The position numbers were made by a program, and so were the translations under genes. A stretch of 63,040 bases of DNA, filler included, from Reclinomonas americana ATCC 50394 (taxonomy: Eukaryota): NCBI GenBank assembly GCA_048213135.1. It is 14 parts of 14 records of this genome, joined end to end, with 100 filler letters (N's around TTAATTAATTAA, not from the genome) between each part and the next. Parts side by side here need not be neighbours in the genome. Positions count along the whole stretch, not along the records: positions 22,497 to 31,594 come from AFZH01022693.1; positions 31,695 to 39,653 come from AFZH01022694.1; 12 more parts are not named here. One strand, 5' to 3'. The notes beneath the pieces were generated by a model. It saw only the letters and a list, made by a program, of their open reading frames with translations. It was not told the origin of the DNA and did no database searches. Shown piece by piece: positions 22,497 to 35,900 of the stretch. Position 1 is the stretch's first letter. The number at the start of each line of letters is the position of its first letter.

Positions 22497-25400
22497 AGAG
22501 AGACGAGAGAGAGAGAGAGAGAGAGAGACCCTCGGGCAACAAGCCACGCACCACTCGCTGCACACAGCGCATCAGAGGTGGCGCCTAGAGAGAGACACTC
22601 TTGTGCAAATGCCACTCGCTGCATAGAGCCCGCACCCGAGAGAAACACTCATTTCGGAAGTCCACTCTGCACACGCACGAGGGAAGAGAGAGGAGTCAGC
22701 AATTCGCTGCTAACTTGATGCTGCGCAGAGAACGCTGGCCAGCGTGTTTGATCTGCTGTCGGTTCACGTGTGCTCGGCGCTGACGCATGTGGAGAGCGAT
22801 GTGCCGCTGGACGCGTGTGAGACACTGGGTGGCATGGTCCGAGCGCAGCCGCAGTTGTGCGCGCGACACGCACATCAAGTGCTGCCGTGCTTGGTCGACG
22901 CCGTGGCCGCGCTCTGCAAGCGCACCTCACCAAAGCTGACGCAGCGCAAGTTCGACTCGTTCATCGTTGTGTACTCGCTGATGACGGCGACGACCACGAC
23001 GTCGTCCACCACCACTGCGGCCGCCGACCCCGCCTCTGCTGCGTCTGCGAGTCACGCGTCGCGAATGGAGGACGGTGACGACCATTCTCCTGCTGCTTCT
23101 GGTAGCGGTATGTCAACCGAGATGGAACTCGATCGACCCGGATGGCACGTGTATCCGGTGGGTCTGGAGGCCGGTCCCGTGTTTCCTGCGTCTCGTGCTG
23201 GCGTCGCCGGCCTGTTTGCTTTCCGGTCGCTGCAGCCACCGGCCACTTCGTCGTCTTCCTCCTCCTCCTCGTCCTCGTCGTCGACCGCAGCGCATCCGCC
23301 TCACATTGTGCAGGCCGCTGAGCGACTGCTGCCGAGTGTGCTCGACATGTGGATGGAGCTGGTGCCTGCCGAGCCGTCCGAGTCGCCGGCTGTGTTGCGC
23401 AACATGAAAGTGAGATGACTGGACTCAACGGCGTGTGCTCCTGCTTTTTTGAGTCACTGACCCGTCATTTGGATACAGATTGTGCTGCGCTTGCTCAACG
23501 CCTGTCTGCAACGACTGGCAGAGTCACACGCCGGCAGCTTGCCGCCGGCCGTGCAGACCAAGTGCGAACGCATGGTTTTGCGATACAGTCCGCTGCCTCG
23601 CAATCCACGCTTCGAGCAGGACGAGCCGGAGCTGATCATTGACACGGATGTGGCGCTGTTGCGCTGCCTGACGTGGCTCGTGCAACCAAACAGCGACGCA
23701 GACGACGCCACAGTGCGCAAGGTGCTATCGGCGTGCTTTTTTACACTGCGTGAGATGGTTTGTTGCTGCAAGAACTGTTGAGTGTGGTGAAAATGCTCAC
23801 ACGATTGGCGCACAGAGGCAACGCTCTCAGTATCAAGGCGAGGCGGCGGCGGGCATTGCCGAGTCGTATGCACGACTGTTGCGATCGCTGGCGGTACAAC
23901 ATGCGACGCCCATGTGGCAGGTGCGTCGTGTTTCGCACGGATGCTCGTCAGTGTAGTCGGTGACTAACTGGTGTCTACCGCGCGCCTTGCAGCATTTCAC
24001 CGAGTTCTTCTGGAATGTGCCGGCGCAGTCGCCACTGAAACGCACGCTGGTGGAGATGTTTGCGGAGTTTGCGGATCGCGAGGACGGCCACAGTCCACCG
24101 GCGGACGTGGCACGCCACTGGCTGCTGTCGCTGCCGCGACTGTTGTGGGAGATGAAGCAGAATGCCTTGTCGACCTCGGAGGTATGTGTGTCTATGCCTT
24201 CAAGATTTACCTCATTCTCACTGATGTGGGCGGTGCAGCGTATTCTGCGAACGCTGTTGCAAATGTCGCGCCGAGGAGACACGGACATTGTCGGCGCCAT
24301 GCACGATTCACTGATTCCACTCTTCTACACGGAAGTGATGAGCAAGAACGGAAAAGGTTTGTGTGATTGATGGTCGTTGACTGTCCCTCTCTTTTTTCTA
24401 ATTATCGAGCGCAGTGAAGCACGTCTTCGGCCCGTTTGCGACGTACCCTCGCCACTTGCAGCAATTGTTGTTGGACCTGGTGTACCGCTCGCCGTTTATC
24501 TCGCAGCAGATGGTGGCAGCCATTGCGGAATGCTGCATGCACGGTGCGTTGGGCGTGGTCTTCTTCTGCCCACAATCGCATGCGACTGATTCGCTCTCCC
24601 ACACGCACACACACGCACAGAGAGTGTATCCACGTGGACGTGCACACACGCCATGGAGGTTCTCATCAGTCAGAAGACACGCGTGGTTGAGCGTCCAGTG
24701 GTGGGTGCGGCTGGCGTTGCAGTTGCGTCGCGTGCTGACGTCCAGTCCATTTCAACAATTGGTAGTCGCTTACCGCAGCGCAGAGCGACGACGATGGCAC
24801 GGTGCATGTGGAGTACATGTCACCGCACCCGCTGCACCTGGCCGATGCGCTGGCGTTTGTGGTTACTTTGTTGCTGCGCTCGCCTGCCAAGAGTGTGGCC
24901 ACATTCGAGAGGCAGTGGGAGCTGGCGGCCACGGCACGGGCGGCACTCCGTGGGCTCTTTACGCCCGAGATTTTGGCCGACCTGCTGGTGCCCTTCGCGG
25001 TGGACTCGATGGTTTGCAATCGTCTGACACACGCGCGTTGTTGCTTCCATCATTCGCGCATCTCATTTCGTTTCTACAGAACGAAATGGCTTTGGCGCTC
25101 ACGTTTGGATACGCCGAGCACGGTGCCGCTCTGCTGCTGGCCCTCATGGCCGACGTGTGCGGAGCCTCGTGCGTGTGGAGTTTGGCGCGTGAGCAGTCTC
25201 CTGCGTTCATGGTGCGGGCTGGACGCTTGGTGGCGCTGGCGGTGGCGCACATTGCCGAGGAGCAGGACGATGAGTCGGTATGCCGTACAGTGAGTGTGCA
25301 CTGTGGCCCACCTGCTTGTATCTCACGGCTGAATGGATGCAGGCCATTCTCTGGGATCTGGTTCGTGCATCTCCACAGCTGCTGGAGGAAATCATAGAGG

Positions 25401-25733
25401 CGTTTGTCAGTGGCCAGTGGCGGGAACACTACTCGGCGGTCGGCAACAGCGTGTCGGACGACTTGGTGCGTTTCAGCCTCTCGCTGTGCCGCGCAGGAAC
25501 ATTGCGGTCGCTGGTGTTGCAGTTGCTGCCGCGTTTGACACAAGTGTTGAGGATGTTGCAGGTGATTGATTGGTTTCATTATGGGAGCACACGTATGCGT
25601 GTTCTCATGTGTTTCACTGCAGGAGTCCGCTTCGGTCTCTCAGCTGGCAACACTGGCCGAGTTGTCGACTGAATTGCACGTGCTGGAATCGTTGGCCGCC
25701 AGCAGCAGTGGCACTGATCTCGTAGTAGATTGA
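22497..25733 (+). CDS. TEX10: TEX10/IPI1 pre-rRNA processing (rixosome) protein, multi-exon, 5'-partial
   Basis: LLSVHVCSALTHVESDVPLDA (Ipi1_N-like), LLPSVLDMWMELVP and GPFATYPRHLQQL. GT-AG introns; stop TGA at 25731-25733. Confidence 0.7.
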
Positions 25734-25905
25734 GCGCAGTTAGAAACACACTTCATAATAGATGAATAATAATAGCGTGCTGTACAGGTAATTTTTTCTC
25801 TCCTCCTCCTCCTTCCGCGAAATGCACACACTAGCTAAACAACAAAAGGAACAACAACATCAACATCTAGGGGTTTGTTTGCGTGGGGTGGTGGAAAAAA
25901 CAGTG

Positions 25906-28900
25906 TCATCGCGGCGCGGACCGCGGCGGCGGTGGTGGAGACATATCCCCCAGGTGGTACGGTCCGGATTCGGTCTCGTACTCCTCACCCTCCTCATCAT
26001 CATCGTCATCGTCAGCATAACCGCTGCCGCCGTTGCCGTGATACTGCGAGGAGCCGCCATTGGAGCCTACAAACTGACCGCCGGTGGCTGTGAAAGAACA
26101 CACAGACGCGAGTGGGCACAGTGGACGGGGGAGGAGGAGGAGGAGGAGAAGAAGAAGGAGCAAGGCGATCCACCAACCTTTCGCTGCCGGAGACATTCGG
26201 GATACGGGTGGACGCCCATTCTGCTGTTGTGGCTGTTGCGCGTGTCTGGCGTGCGCGTACTCGCCCACAGAGTATGCGTCGGGGATGTAGTCGTGAGTGC
26301 CCCGCGGTCCGTAGCCATTCGCCGGTGCACCAAACACGATCCGACCGGTGCTAAAGTCCGAGTCACCACCACCCTGCGCCAAGGCCTCCAACTGCGACAA
26401 GCTACGCAGATTGGCGCCGCCGCTTCCACCAACAGACCGAGAGCCCATCATGTCATCGGTGCCGTCGTCGTCGTCACTCGACGGATAGGTCGCTTCCCTA
26501 AAGTTCGACGACGTACTGCAACGCACGACGGTAAGTCACTGGGCGATGGATGGGTGGGAGTGGGGAAGAAGTGAGGCCAAGGACGCAACTAGAAGAGTGC
26601 AGACGATGGCGGCGGTGCGTGAGACGCATGATGATGATGGTGATGCTCCGTGTGCGACGAGGACGCCAGCGAGAACACGGCAAACTGGCGGTCCAGCTCC
26701 GTACCCTGTCCACCGGATCCGTTGACCGACACCAACATCGAGGTGGCGGTGGTGGTCGTGTCGCTGCTCCAACTCGCATCCTCTGCAGACATCAAGATCG
26801 CTTCAGCAACCTCACATTGCCACTGCCACTCACTTCTGAATTAGATAAACACGCACCCTCCGCAAGACGCTGAGCAGCTCTCGAATCCGCCAGTGCCCGT
26901 AGTCGCTGCTCGTGCTGTCGGAGCTCCTCCTCCCGTCGCAACAGAGCGGCGGCAAGTGAAGATCCGTCGACAGCCGGGTCAGGCACCACGTCGTACTCAT
27001 CGTCGCGAGATGACACGTGCATGGGTGGGACCTGGCGCGCACAAACACACACGTGAACAACACGTAATAAACAACCACAAAGAGAGGAGAAGAAGAATGC
27101 GAATGCATACCAGCGATGGTGAGGCACCAGTGGGGGCCGACGACTGCGAGGAGATGTGATGAGACGGTACGGCACCCTGCTCGTAGCCGCTGGCAGCCTT
27201 CCTTCTCGGGTCGCTGGAGGCGCGCTCCGGAATGCGTGGCAGCTCATCTCGACTGAACATGTGCTCCGCATGCTCGCCATCTCGCGGTCGCGCAGAGTCG
27301 GCGGGTGACGTGGGTTGAATGGCCGACGCCGACGGCTCCACAGCATCGTCATCACCCTGCGCGCGCTGCAGTCGATCCAAAGACTGCTGTGCCTGCCGCC
27401 GCATCTGGGCTGCCAACGCTGCAGGCGAGGCGCTCGGATCCGCCGCAGTAGTCGATCGCTCCTGCCGGCCCTGCTTGAGGCGATCCAGGCGACGCTGCGC
27501 CTCCTGCTGCAAGCGAACTTGTGCAGAATCCGCCTGCGTCATGTCCACAAAGTCGGGCGTCGACCGCGCCGACACGCGACTTGCACCACCCGGGGCAGCA
27601 TTGTCCGACGACGACATGGCCGACAGCGACAGCGGCGACGTGACAAGAGACTGCGTGGTGGTGATCGACGACGAGTCGACCGACAAGTGACCGCCGCGCG
27701 TCGAGTAGTCGGCCAGCCCATACTGCTGCTCCGATTGTGAGCGCCCGTGCTGGCGCAGCGAATGTGACTTGGCTGTTCGATGAACAGACAGACACGCACG
27801 TCAGCAACGAAGGTGAAAAAACCACCTTGCGTTTCCTCTCGACGCAACGTGGAGTGGCTGTCTCGTACTCGTCGCCCTCGAACTCATCATCATCCTCATC
27901 GCCATCTCGGTCGTACGCGTGGCCTCTGATCTCCTCAGTGACCATGTGCACCTCCTCGTCCACCTCGGAGAAGCTGTGGTCGGCAGCCGATTGCAGTGGC
28001 GAGTCTGAGACGCCGTACTGTCGCCGCAGGGCATCGAAGCGCAGGTCCGACTGGCCACCGGCACTCATCTGGCGCAAATGCTGCTCAATGCTGCGCTCTT
28101 GGTCGTCGGCGGTGGTTCCCGGCGAAAATGTGAATGACGTGGCTGTGATGTGGGCGTTGGTGAGCCGGGGGGTGAAGGGGGAAAAGGGGAGAGAAAAGAG
28201 ATCTTGCGTACCACCACTGCTCGAGTTCATCGTGGCTGATAGTATGGGCGACGGCTGTGCCACTGGCTGTGCCGACGGCTGCGGTGCAGTGATGGCAGCA
28301 TATCGACGCAGCAGGTCGTCAGTGGACTCACGCTCTTCCTCGCCGCCTGTGACATTGCTCTTGTTAGGAAAAAGGTTGCACACAGGGAGCGGATGCAGAC
28401 AAACAAACCTCGCGTGTCCATGCGGCATGCCGAGTATATCCGCACCAGGTCAGCAAGGAAGTCGTGTACTTCCACGTCGCCGTCTTTCCTGCTCGCGGGA
28501 GGGGAAGGGAGAAGGGGGAGAAGGGAAAGGGAGAAGGGGGGGAGAAGGGGGGAGAAGGGAAGGGAAGGATTAGTCGCGGTACACGCATTATTAGACTCTC
28601 TCTTTCCCACACACATGCACGATCTCTCTCTCTCCAACACTCGTAATTACTCTCTCATTCACTCTTTCTTCTCTAAATCGCTCAAACACAAAAACACACG
28701 CATTCTCCATCTCACTCAAACATTTTCTCCCGCGCGCTGACTTACATACTTAGAAAAGGAAACATAAAATAATAGTGTGATTGTATCGAGCCCACACGCA
28801 AAACCAACCATCTATCTCTTTCCACTGTCGCGCAATCATACAATACACTCGTTTCCTCGCTCAATTACCCTCACTTTCTCACAAACAAACACGAACAAAT

Positions 28901-30835
28901 ACGATAATTCAAGCACACATGAACGCATCTCATTCTCTCGCGCGCACACTCTCACTCGCTCGTAATTGCTCTCTATCCCCGGTACTCACGAACACATGCG
29001 TACAGCAAGCGCGCATGTGAGCAGTGAGTGAGCGAGAGTGAGTGAAGAAGAGAGTGTATGTGTGTATGAGAATGGGAGAGTATGAGAGCGAGTAAGAGTG
29101 TTTGAGTGTGACTGAGAATGCGTGCGGTGGTGTATGCGAGAGAGAAGAAAGCGCGCGTGAGTGAGTGAGTGAGCGAGAGAGTGAGTTCGGGAGAGCATGT
29201 CTGTGTGTGTGAGAAAGACAGAGAATGTGTGTATCATTCGTTTCTCTCTCAATCACTCGTTCATACAAGAGCGCGTTTTCAAACACGCTCTCAATCACGC
29301 AAGCACTCATTCTCTATCGCTTTCCTCTCTTCTATCTCTCTCTCGCATGCGTACACACTCTCGTCTCGCTTACACACATACGAGAGCGCGATCTCTCTCA
29401 CACACGCACACACAGACACAAGCTCTCTCTCCCTCTATCTGTTCCCCTTTCTCTATCTCACTCACAAGCACCCTCTTCTCTATATCTGTCACACTAACCG
29501 TCGATCGAGCGCACGCATGGCCTCGTGAGTCAGTCGCGCACTGTTCGGCTGCGACGACAGTAGAGAGCGAACGAGGGGTCCCAGCTTCCGCCGAGGAATG
29601 GACAGTTCGTCTGCGGCACCCTTGCGCCTGTACATCACAGTCAGCCACCATTGTCGCCAGTCATGCGGCAAACACTCATGTCGCAAATACGCAACTTGCG
29701 AGTGACCAAGTCTGGCGACTTCAACAACCGCTGGCGCGCCAATAGGTAAAACAGCAACTCCACGGCATTGTAGAACTCGACCATAAACTTGGCAAACAGA
29801 TCGACTTCTGGGTTATTGCGACGCAAATTACCGACCGCCAGGTTCAACTCGTCGGTGGACTGTCGAACGAGTGAGAAGAAGGCAGTGCGATGATATGCTG
29901 GAGACTGCGAGACGCAACACTCTTGATCAGCGTGGCCAGTCCAAACTTCTTCTCCAGGAAATAATGTACAAAGGCAGGCATTGTTTGGAACTCTTCCTCG
30001 CCGGCAATCTCCACCGAAAAGTGCTGCGCGGAGAGAGCGCAATCGAGATGAGAGCTCACGTTGCGCGCTCGGTATGGACACCGATGTCACGAACCAGGTA
30101 ACGGGACTCGTAAATCTCTTGCACCATCCGCTGCGTCCACTTGAGCGAGCGCACCAACACACCGTCGCGGTACTCGCGCGCCAGCAGGTTTGCACGCATG
30201 CGGTTGGCCGATGAAGGGCGGTCAGTGCTGTGCGCGACAAGGAGGGAAAGGGTGAGAAGGGATAGAGGGGAGGTAGGAGAGAGAGAGTGTGTGTGTGTGG
30301 CACACCTGCGGCTTCCCGACGACTGGCTGCCCGCCGGCGATGCATCGGTACTAATCACCGAGACGAGTGCTGGTCGCTCGACCAACACGCGGGCACGCAC
30401 GCTGCCGTCTGGCTGGCGGTCAAAGGTTACCGGGCGGTCCTCGCCGAGCAGGAGGCGCATTACCTGGATGAAGGGGAAGAGGGGAGGAGAAGGGAGGGAA
30501 GGGGGTGGGGAAGGGGAGGAGAAAGAGAGTGAGATGGCGGAAGAGAACGAAGAGCGAATGCGAAGAGGAAAGGGAGAGGGGGAAGAGAAAGATGGCCTAG
30601 ATGGCACAGAGAAAGGTGCTCGGAAAGCGAGTGCAAGAGAGAGGTCTGTGCGGCGTGCGGAGTGGGGAGATTGAGACGACTTCGAATCAGGAGGAGAAAG
30701 GGAAGGCGAGAGTGCGGAGAACAATTCGAGAAAAAGAACATGACGGAGAGAGATGTCAGTGCAGAATGCGAGGAATGAACGAGGCGGACCAAGTTACGAG
30801 GAATACGAGATGACGAGGCGCAGAGAGGTCCATTC
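25906..30835 (-). CDS. Uncharacterised multi-exon protein: helical domain plus a long low-complexity C-terminus (5'-partial)
   Basis: Spliced exons WTQRMVQEIYESRY, FVHYFLEKKFGLATL and EVDLFAKFMVEFYNAVELLFYLLAR, followed by S/A/D-rich exons. Family not assigned. Confidence 0.65.
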
Positions 30836-31758
30836 GCTGCTGAGAACAATGTTTAGAGAGAACAATAGGGCCCGTGTCTGCGAGAGTTGATACGGAGAGA
30901 GAGGGCGAAGGCGAACGAAACGGTGGCGCAGTGAGAAAGGAAAGCGCGAAGACGCGTTGGTGCAAGGAACAAGCGGGAGAGAAGGAGATGGCGCAGAGTT
31001 CACGCAGTGAGCGATGGAGAACAAGAGACGTCCACTGTGATCGAGACAGCAACGGAAATAGAACGAGGTGGTCCGAGATGGCGATGGGGAACGAGACATC
31101 TTCTCTGAGGACAAAGTCTACCGAGATTGCAGAGAGGTGAGAATGAGAGGTGGTCCAAGTTGGCGCAGAGACAACGCAAAGAGCGCAGGGGGTCGAGAAG
31201 CGTTCCCTGAGAACGAAGACGATCGAAAGCGAAGGGACCGCGCAGAAAGCGACAAGAAGGAAGTCCATCGAGACAGCAGAGAGGAGAGAACGAGAGGACC
31301 CATGCCTACGAGAGCGAGAAAGATATCGAGACAGGAGAAAAAGCGATCGAGAGCGAAGAAGGTGGTCCAACGGTTCACGATTTCCAACACAGCAGACGAG
31401 GAGAGCAACGCAAAGGGAGTACGAATGCATGGAACAACACAGCAAAGCCGATCGCCATGACGATCGCACACAACGAAACCTCGCACTCTCATTCATCAAC
31501 GACAACCGATGCCACCACTCTCACACACACACACATCTCCACAACTCCCTCTCTTCCTCACTCTCTTTCCACACAACACACACCCACCTTTTCANNNNNN
31601 NNNNNNNNNNNNNNNNNNNNNNNNNNNNNNNNNNNNNNTTAATTAATTAANNNNNNNNNNNNNNNNNNNNNNNNNNNNNNNNNNNNNNNNNNNNTGCGCT
31701 CTCTCTGTCTCTCTCTGTGTCTCTCTGTCTCTCTGTGTGTGCTGTGCAATTGTTCACC

Positions 31759-32146
31759 TTCGCTCGGCCTCTGATGAGTCTGGGCTGAGGCGACCGCCGA
31801 GAAATCCGGGACTGGGCGACAGATTGGAGGTGGAGCCGCCACCACCGGCGACCGACCCGCCTCCAGCGCCTCCGCCTGCCAGAGGAGGAGGAGGCGAGGC
31901 AGGACGCAGGGACCGCGAGGGTGCGAATCGCGACACGGAGGGCGGTGTCGTGGATCGCTTCGACGTGAACCTAAGAGGAGTGGAGTGAGGGGAGTAGGAG
32001 TGAGCGGCCATTTCGCGCGGGCGTGTGTGCGCGTGTGCGGGCGATGAAACACGCGTGGCTTCGAGTGTGCGCTGTGTGTGTGTGTGTGTCTTGGGTGTTG
32101 ACACGTACCCTGCGATCGAGTACACCTCCGCTGGCGACTTCGACAT
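31759..32146 (-). CDS. Hypothetical protein, first two exons (3'-partial)
   Basis: MSKSPAEVYSIAG|GTACGT intron|FTSKRSTTPPSVSRF...EAERR followed by a GT donor. Confidence 0.5.
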
Positions 32147-32491
32147 GGTGGCGCGTGTGTGTAGTGCGTGTGATTGGTGTTGATCGGTCCGTTGGACTGT
32201 GGGTGTGATATCGAAACGCCGAGAAACGGGCCCTCTGCCAAACAGCACAGCTGCATGATGATTGTCATCCTGAGTGAGCACCAGGAGATAAGAGATCACG
32301 AAAGCTGCGAAAAAAAAAGGAGCAATGCTGCCGTTTCCGCATGCACATGAGAAACCAAGCGAAGGGTCGCGGCTCGCGACATGGCCAAGTCCAACCATCT
32401 CCAACAGGCCAGTCTTGAGGACAGGAGGGCTTTCTGATATCCATTTGAGGGCCTTGGATCTAAAGCGTCGAATTCGAACAGGTCGATGTCG

Positions 32492-32522
<31 letters not shown>

Positions 32523-32952
32523 CTTTACTAATCCAAACAGCAGCAGCTGCATGATGATCACCATCTTGGAAGTGCGATCTTCAATGCAAAGCATGGCTGG
32601 TCGGTGGTTCTTGCAGCATAGCGTTTTCTGCAGACAAGTACACGGCACATCCAATTCGGTAAAGCAAGCAGAGCATTGGTGGTGAAGTTGAACATGTTGT
32701 TGTTGCAAAGAGAGCTTGTCGTGTTGCCGGGGAGGGTCATATCGCTGGTGGCTTGAGCACATGGTAGACGCAGTTGTCATTGTTGTTGCTGTGACACAGA
32801 GAGAAACATGAGAGTATTAGTAAGATGCTGTTGGTGCTGTTGTTGCATGCGAGAGCAAGTCGTGTTGTTGGCGAGGCTCCTAACCTGTACATAGCGATAC
32901 ACTCTGTGACCTTTCTCTTTTCTTTTCTCTCTTTTTCTTCTTCTTGTTGAGA

Positions 32953-35900
32953 TTATACATCGCCGCCCTCGTATTCCTCGGCGAACGAGTGCACGGTGTG
33001 CGTGGAGAATGGCACCGGTCCGGGCCTTCGCATCAGTGGGAGGGCGTTGAGGTTGATGTAGCCGCCGCCGTTCTCCATTGCTCGGCGCATGCGTTTCAAG
33101 CTGCGAGTGGAGTCAGTCAGTGATTGTTTGGCGTTTCTCTCTTTTGCAGTTTCCGCATACCGTAATTGTTGGATGACGGCGGCGCCAATCAAGGCCAGCA
33201 CGCCGAGAATGCTGAGCACGAGGAAAATGACGAACCAGCTCGTTGATCCGCCCTGCAATCCGGGTGAGATTGGTGGAAACAACCTTTGTGCTACGCACAC
33301 GACTCACCGCATCGCGATCCTGGTAGAAGCGCAAAAAGTGCTGCAAGTCATTCATCACCACGGCGTTGCTGAGAATCGAGTTGTGATCGACTCCAGAGTA
33401 TGCTTGCCGCTGCGCGATGATGAGCACGCGGTGTGAGGGCGCGTCCCCTCTTGCTCCCTCCCTCCCTCCCAGAAAGAAACGCAACGATTTCTGTGCTGGA
33501 CCAGCGAGAGCACACTTGGAGGCCCTCCAGCGGAACGGTGCCGTCGCCGTCGCCAATGACCACGGTTGGTGGTGTGTCGAAATCGGAGGGCTGGCCGCGC
33601 AGATTGAGCCAGTGCAGGCTGCGTTCGGTGGCCACGGAGTAGCCGTACAGGCACAGCGTGCGCACACCTACGTGAAAGCGAAAGTGAGACGCGGTCGCAA
33701 CTCAATAAAATCGCCATCACCACAGCGTACCAGGATCGACAACGTACGAGTGCGACTTGGCCTGGCGGATGCCGTTGAATGTGTCCAGCCAGTTCATGGC
33801 TTCGGGGGAGCCGTCGCGCATGGCTGCGTATTGGATGAATGCCGGCATGTCATCCACGTTCCACAGGCGGGTTGAGTTGCCTTCGCTGTGGAGGGGGAGG
33901 GAGATGAGGGGAAGGAGAGGGAGAAGAATAAAGAGAGAGAGAGAGTGGATGAGAGAGGGAAGTAAGGAAGAGAGGACAAGGGAAGAAGGAGACGAGAAAG
34001 GAGTTCATGTTGTCTGTGCTGCGAGTGGCACACAATAGGGGGAAAGAAAGAGAGAGAACAGTGGAAGAGAAGGGGGAGGTGAGGGGAAGGGAGATGAGGG
34101 GAAGGAGAGGGGGAAGAATAAAGAGAGAGAGAGAGGATGAGAGAGGGAAGTAAGGAAGAGAGGACAAGGGAAGAAGGAGACGAGAAAGAGGTTTATGTTG
34201 TCTGTGCTGCGAGTGGCACACCAGATCAGCAACGATGACAGCGGAGGGGGAAAGAGAAAGGACAGTGTCACTTCGCTGTTGGTCGAACACTTGAGAAGGG
34301 ACGAAGAAATGGAAGAATGGCAGCAGCAAAGAGAGAAAGAGAGGGAGAGAAGAGAAAGCGTCACTGCGCATGTGCGCTTGCTGTGAGTGGTACGCCTGGG
34401 GGAGAAAGGAGACGGAGAAGCGAGGAAGGACAGAGCGCGTGTGCCTGTGCAAATGACCCACCGCGTCTTCACAATCGGCGCTGTCCAAATGGGTGGCTGA
34501 TCGGCAATCTGATAGGGCACCAAGAAGTTGAAGGAACCCGACGAGCGCTCCATCAGCCGAGCATCCAGATTCCTGATCCACAACCACAAGTGAGTACGTG
34601 GAGAAGAGACGGTCGACAATGCGCACGACACAAACCTCAACAAGTTGATGCCCAGCACAGTGAACGAGGAGGCGTCGCCAGAGACAACTCCACGCAACGC
34701 CTCACTGGCGCCACCGTACGCACCGCACATGGAGATAAAGTATGCAATATTTGCACGCTTCCACTTGGCGTCGACAATCTTGTTGAAAAAGTACGTGGAG
34801 AATACGGCGCCTGTTGGGAGGCGCATGTGAGGGTGGAAGAGTATGTCGGTGCGCAACGGCAAGCAGACTCACCCATCGAGTGCCCGATAATGTGCACCTT
34901 GCGGTTGCCGTTCTCGCGACGCGTCTGCTCAATGAGTGCCTTGAGCTGATCGAACCAACCAATCTTCTCCAAGTAGGCCGGTGACATGCGCCAATCGTAC
35001 TGTGCGCATCGCACGTGAGTGGCGAAGAGAGGAAGATGGGGGGAGGAGAGAGAGAGGGAGGGAGAGAGGAGCGTACCGGGGCAGCGTGCAGGTCGCGACC
35101 GACCGTGTAGCCGAGCAGACCGGTCAGTGTCTGCACCAGGTCGCGCATGTAGGCCGTGCCGGGGACGCCGTACTGTGAGGAGAGAGTGTTGGCGACACTG
35201 GAAGGAAGAAGAGGTGGTGGAGGCAGGCAGGCATACGTACCCCTTCGATGCGATCCAAGTAGTCGACGGCGTTTACGTTGCCCCAGCCGAATGTTCTGGG
35301 GTGTGGGGGTGAGTGGAGGGAAGGGTGACAATCTCAAGACGGAGAACGGGAGGGGAAAAGAGGGGAAGGACGGACAACAGTGTGAAGATACACAGGTGGA
35401 AGGTGTTGGAATGACGGATTGTGTGCGAGCGAGGAAGAGAGAAAGAGGTAAAGGAGTGGAAGGGCAACGGTGTGAAGGAACACGGGCGGCAGGTGTTGGG
35501 ACGTAGGTTTGCAATGCTCTGAATGTGTGGGCGAGGAAGAGAGAAAGAGGTAAAGGAGTGGAAGGACGACAACGGTGTGAAGGCACACGGGAGGCGGGTG
35601 TTGGGACGTAGGTTTGCAATACTCTGGGTGTGTGAGCGAGGAAGAGAGAAAGACATAAAGGAGTGGAAGGACGATAACGGTGTGAAGACGGGCGGTGGGT
35701 GTTGGGACGAAGGTTTGCAATACTCTGAGTGCGTGAGCGAGGAAGAGAGAAAGGAGAAACGCGGAGTGGAAGGACGACAACGGTGTGAAGACACACGGGC
35801 GGTGGGTGTCGGGACGTAGGTTTGCAATACTCTGAATGCGTGAGCGAGGAAGAGAGAAAGAGGTAAAGGAGTGGAAGGACGACAACGGCGTGAAGACACA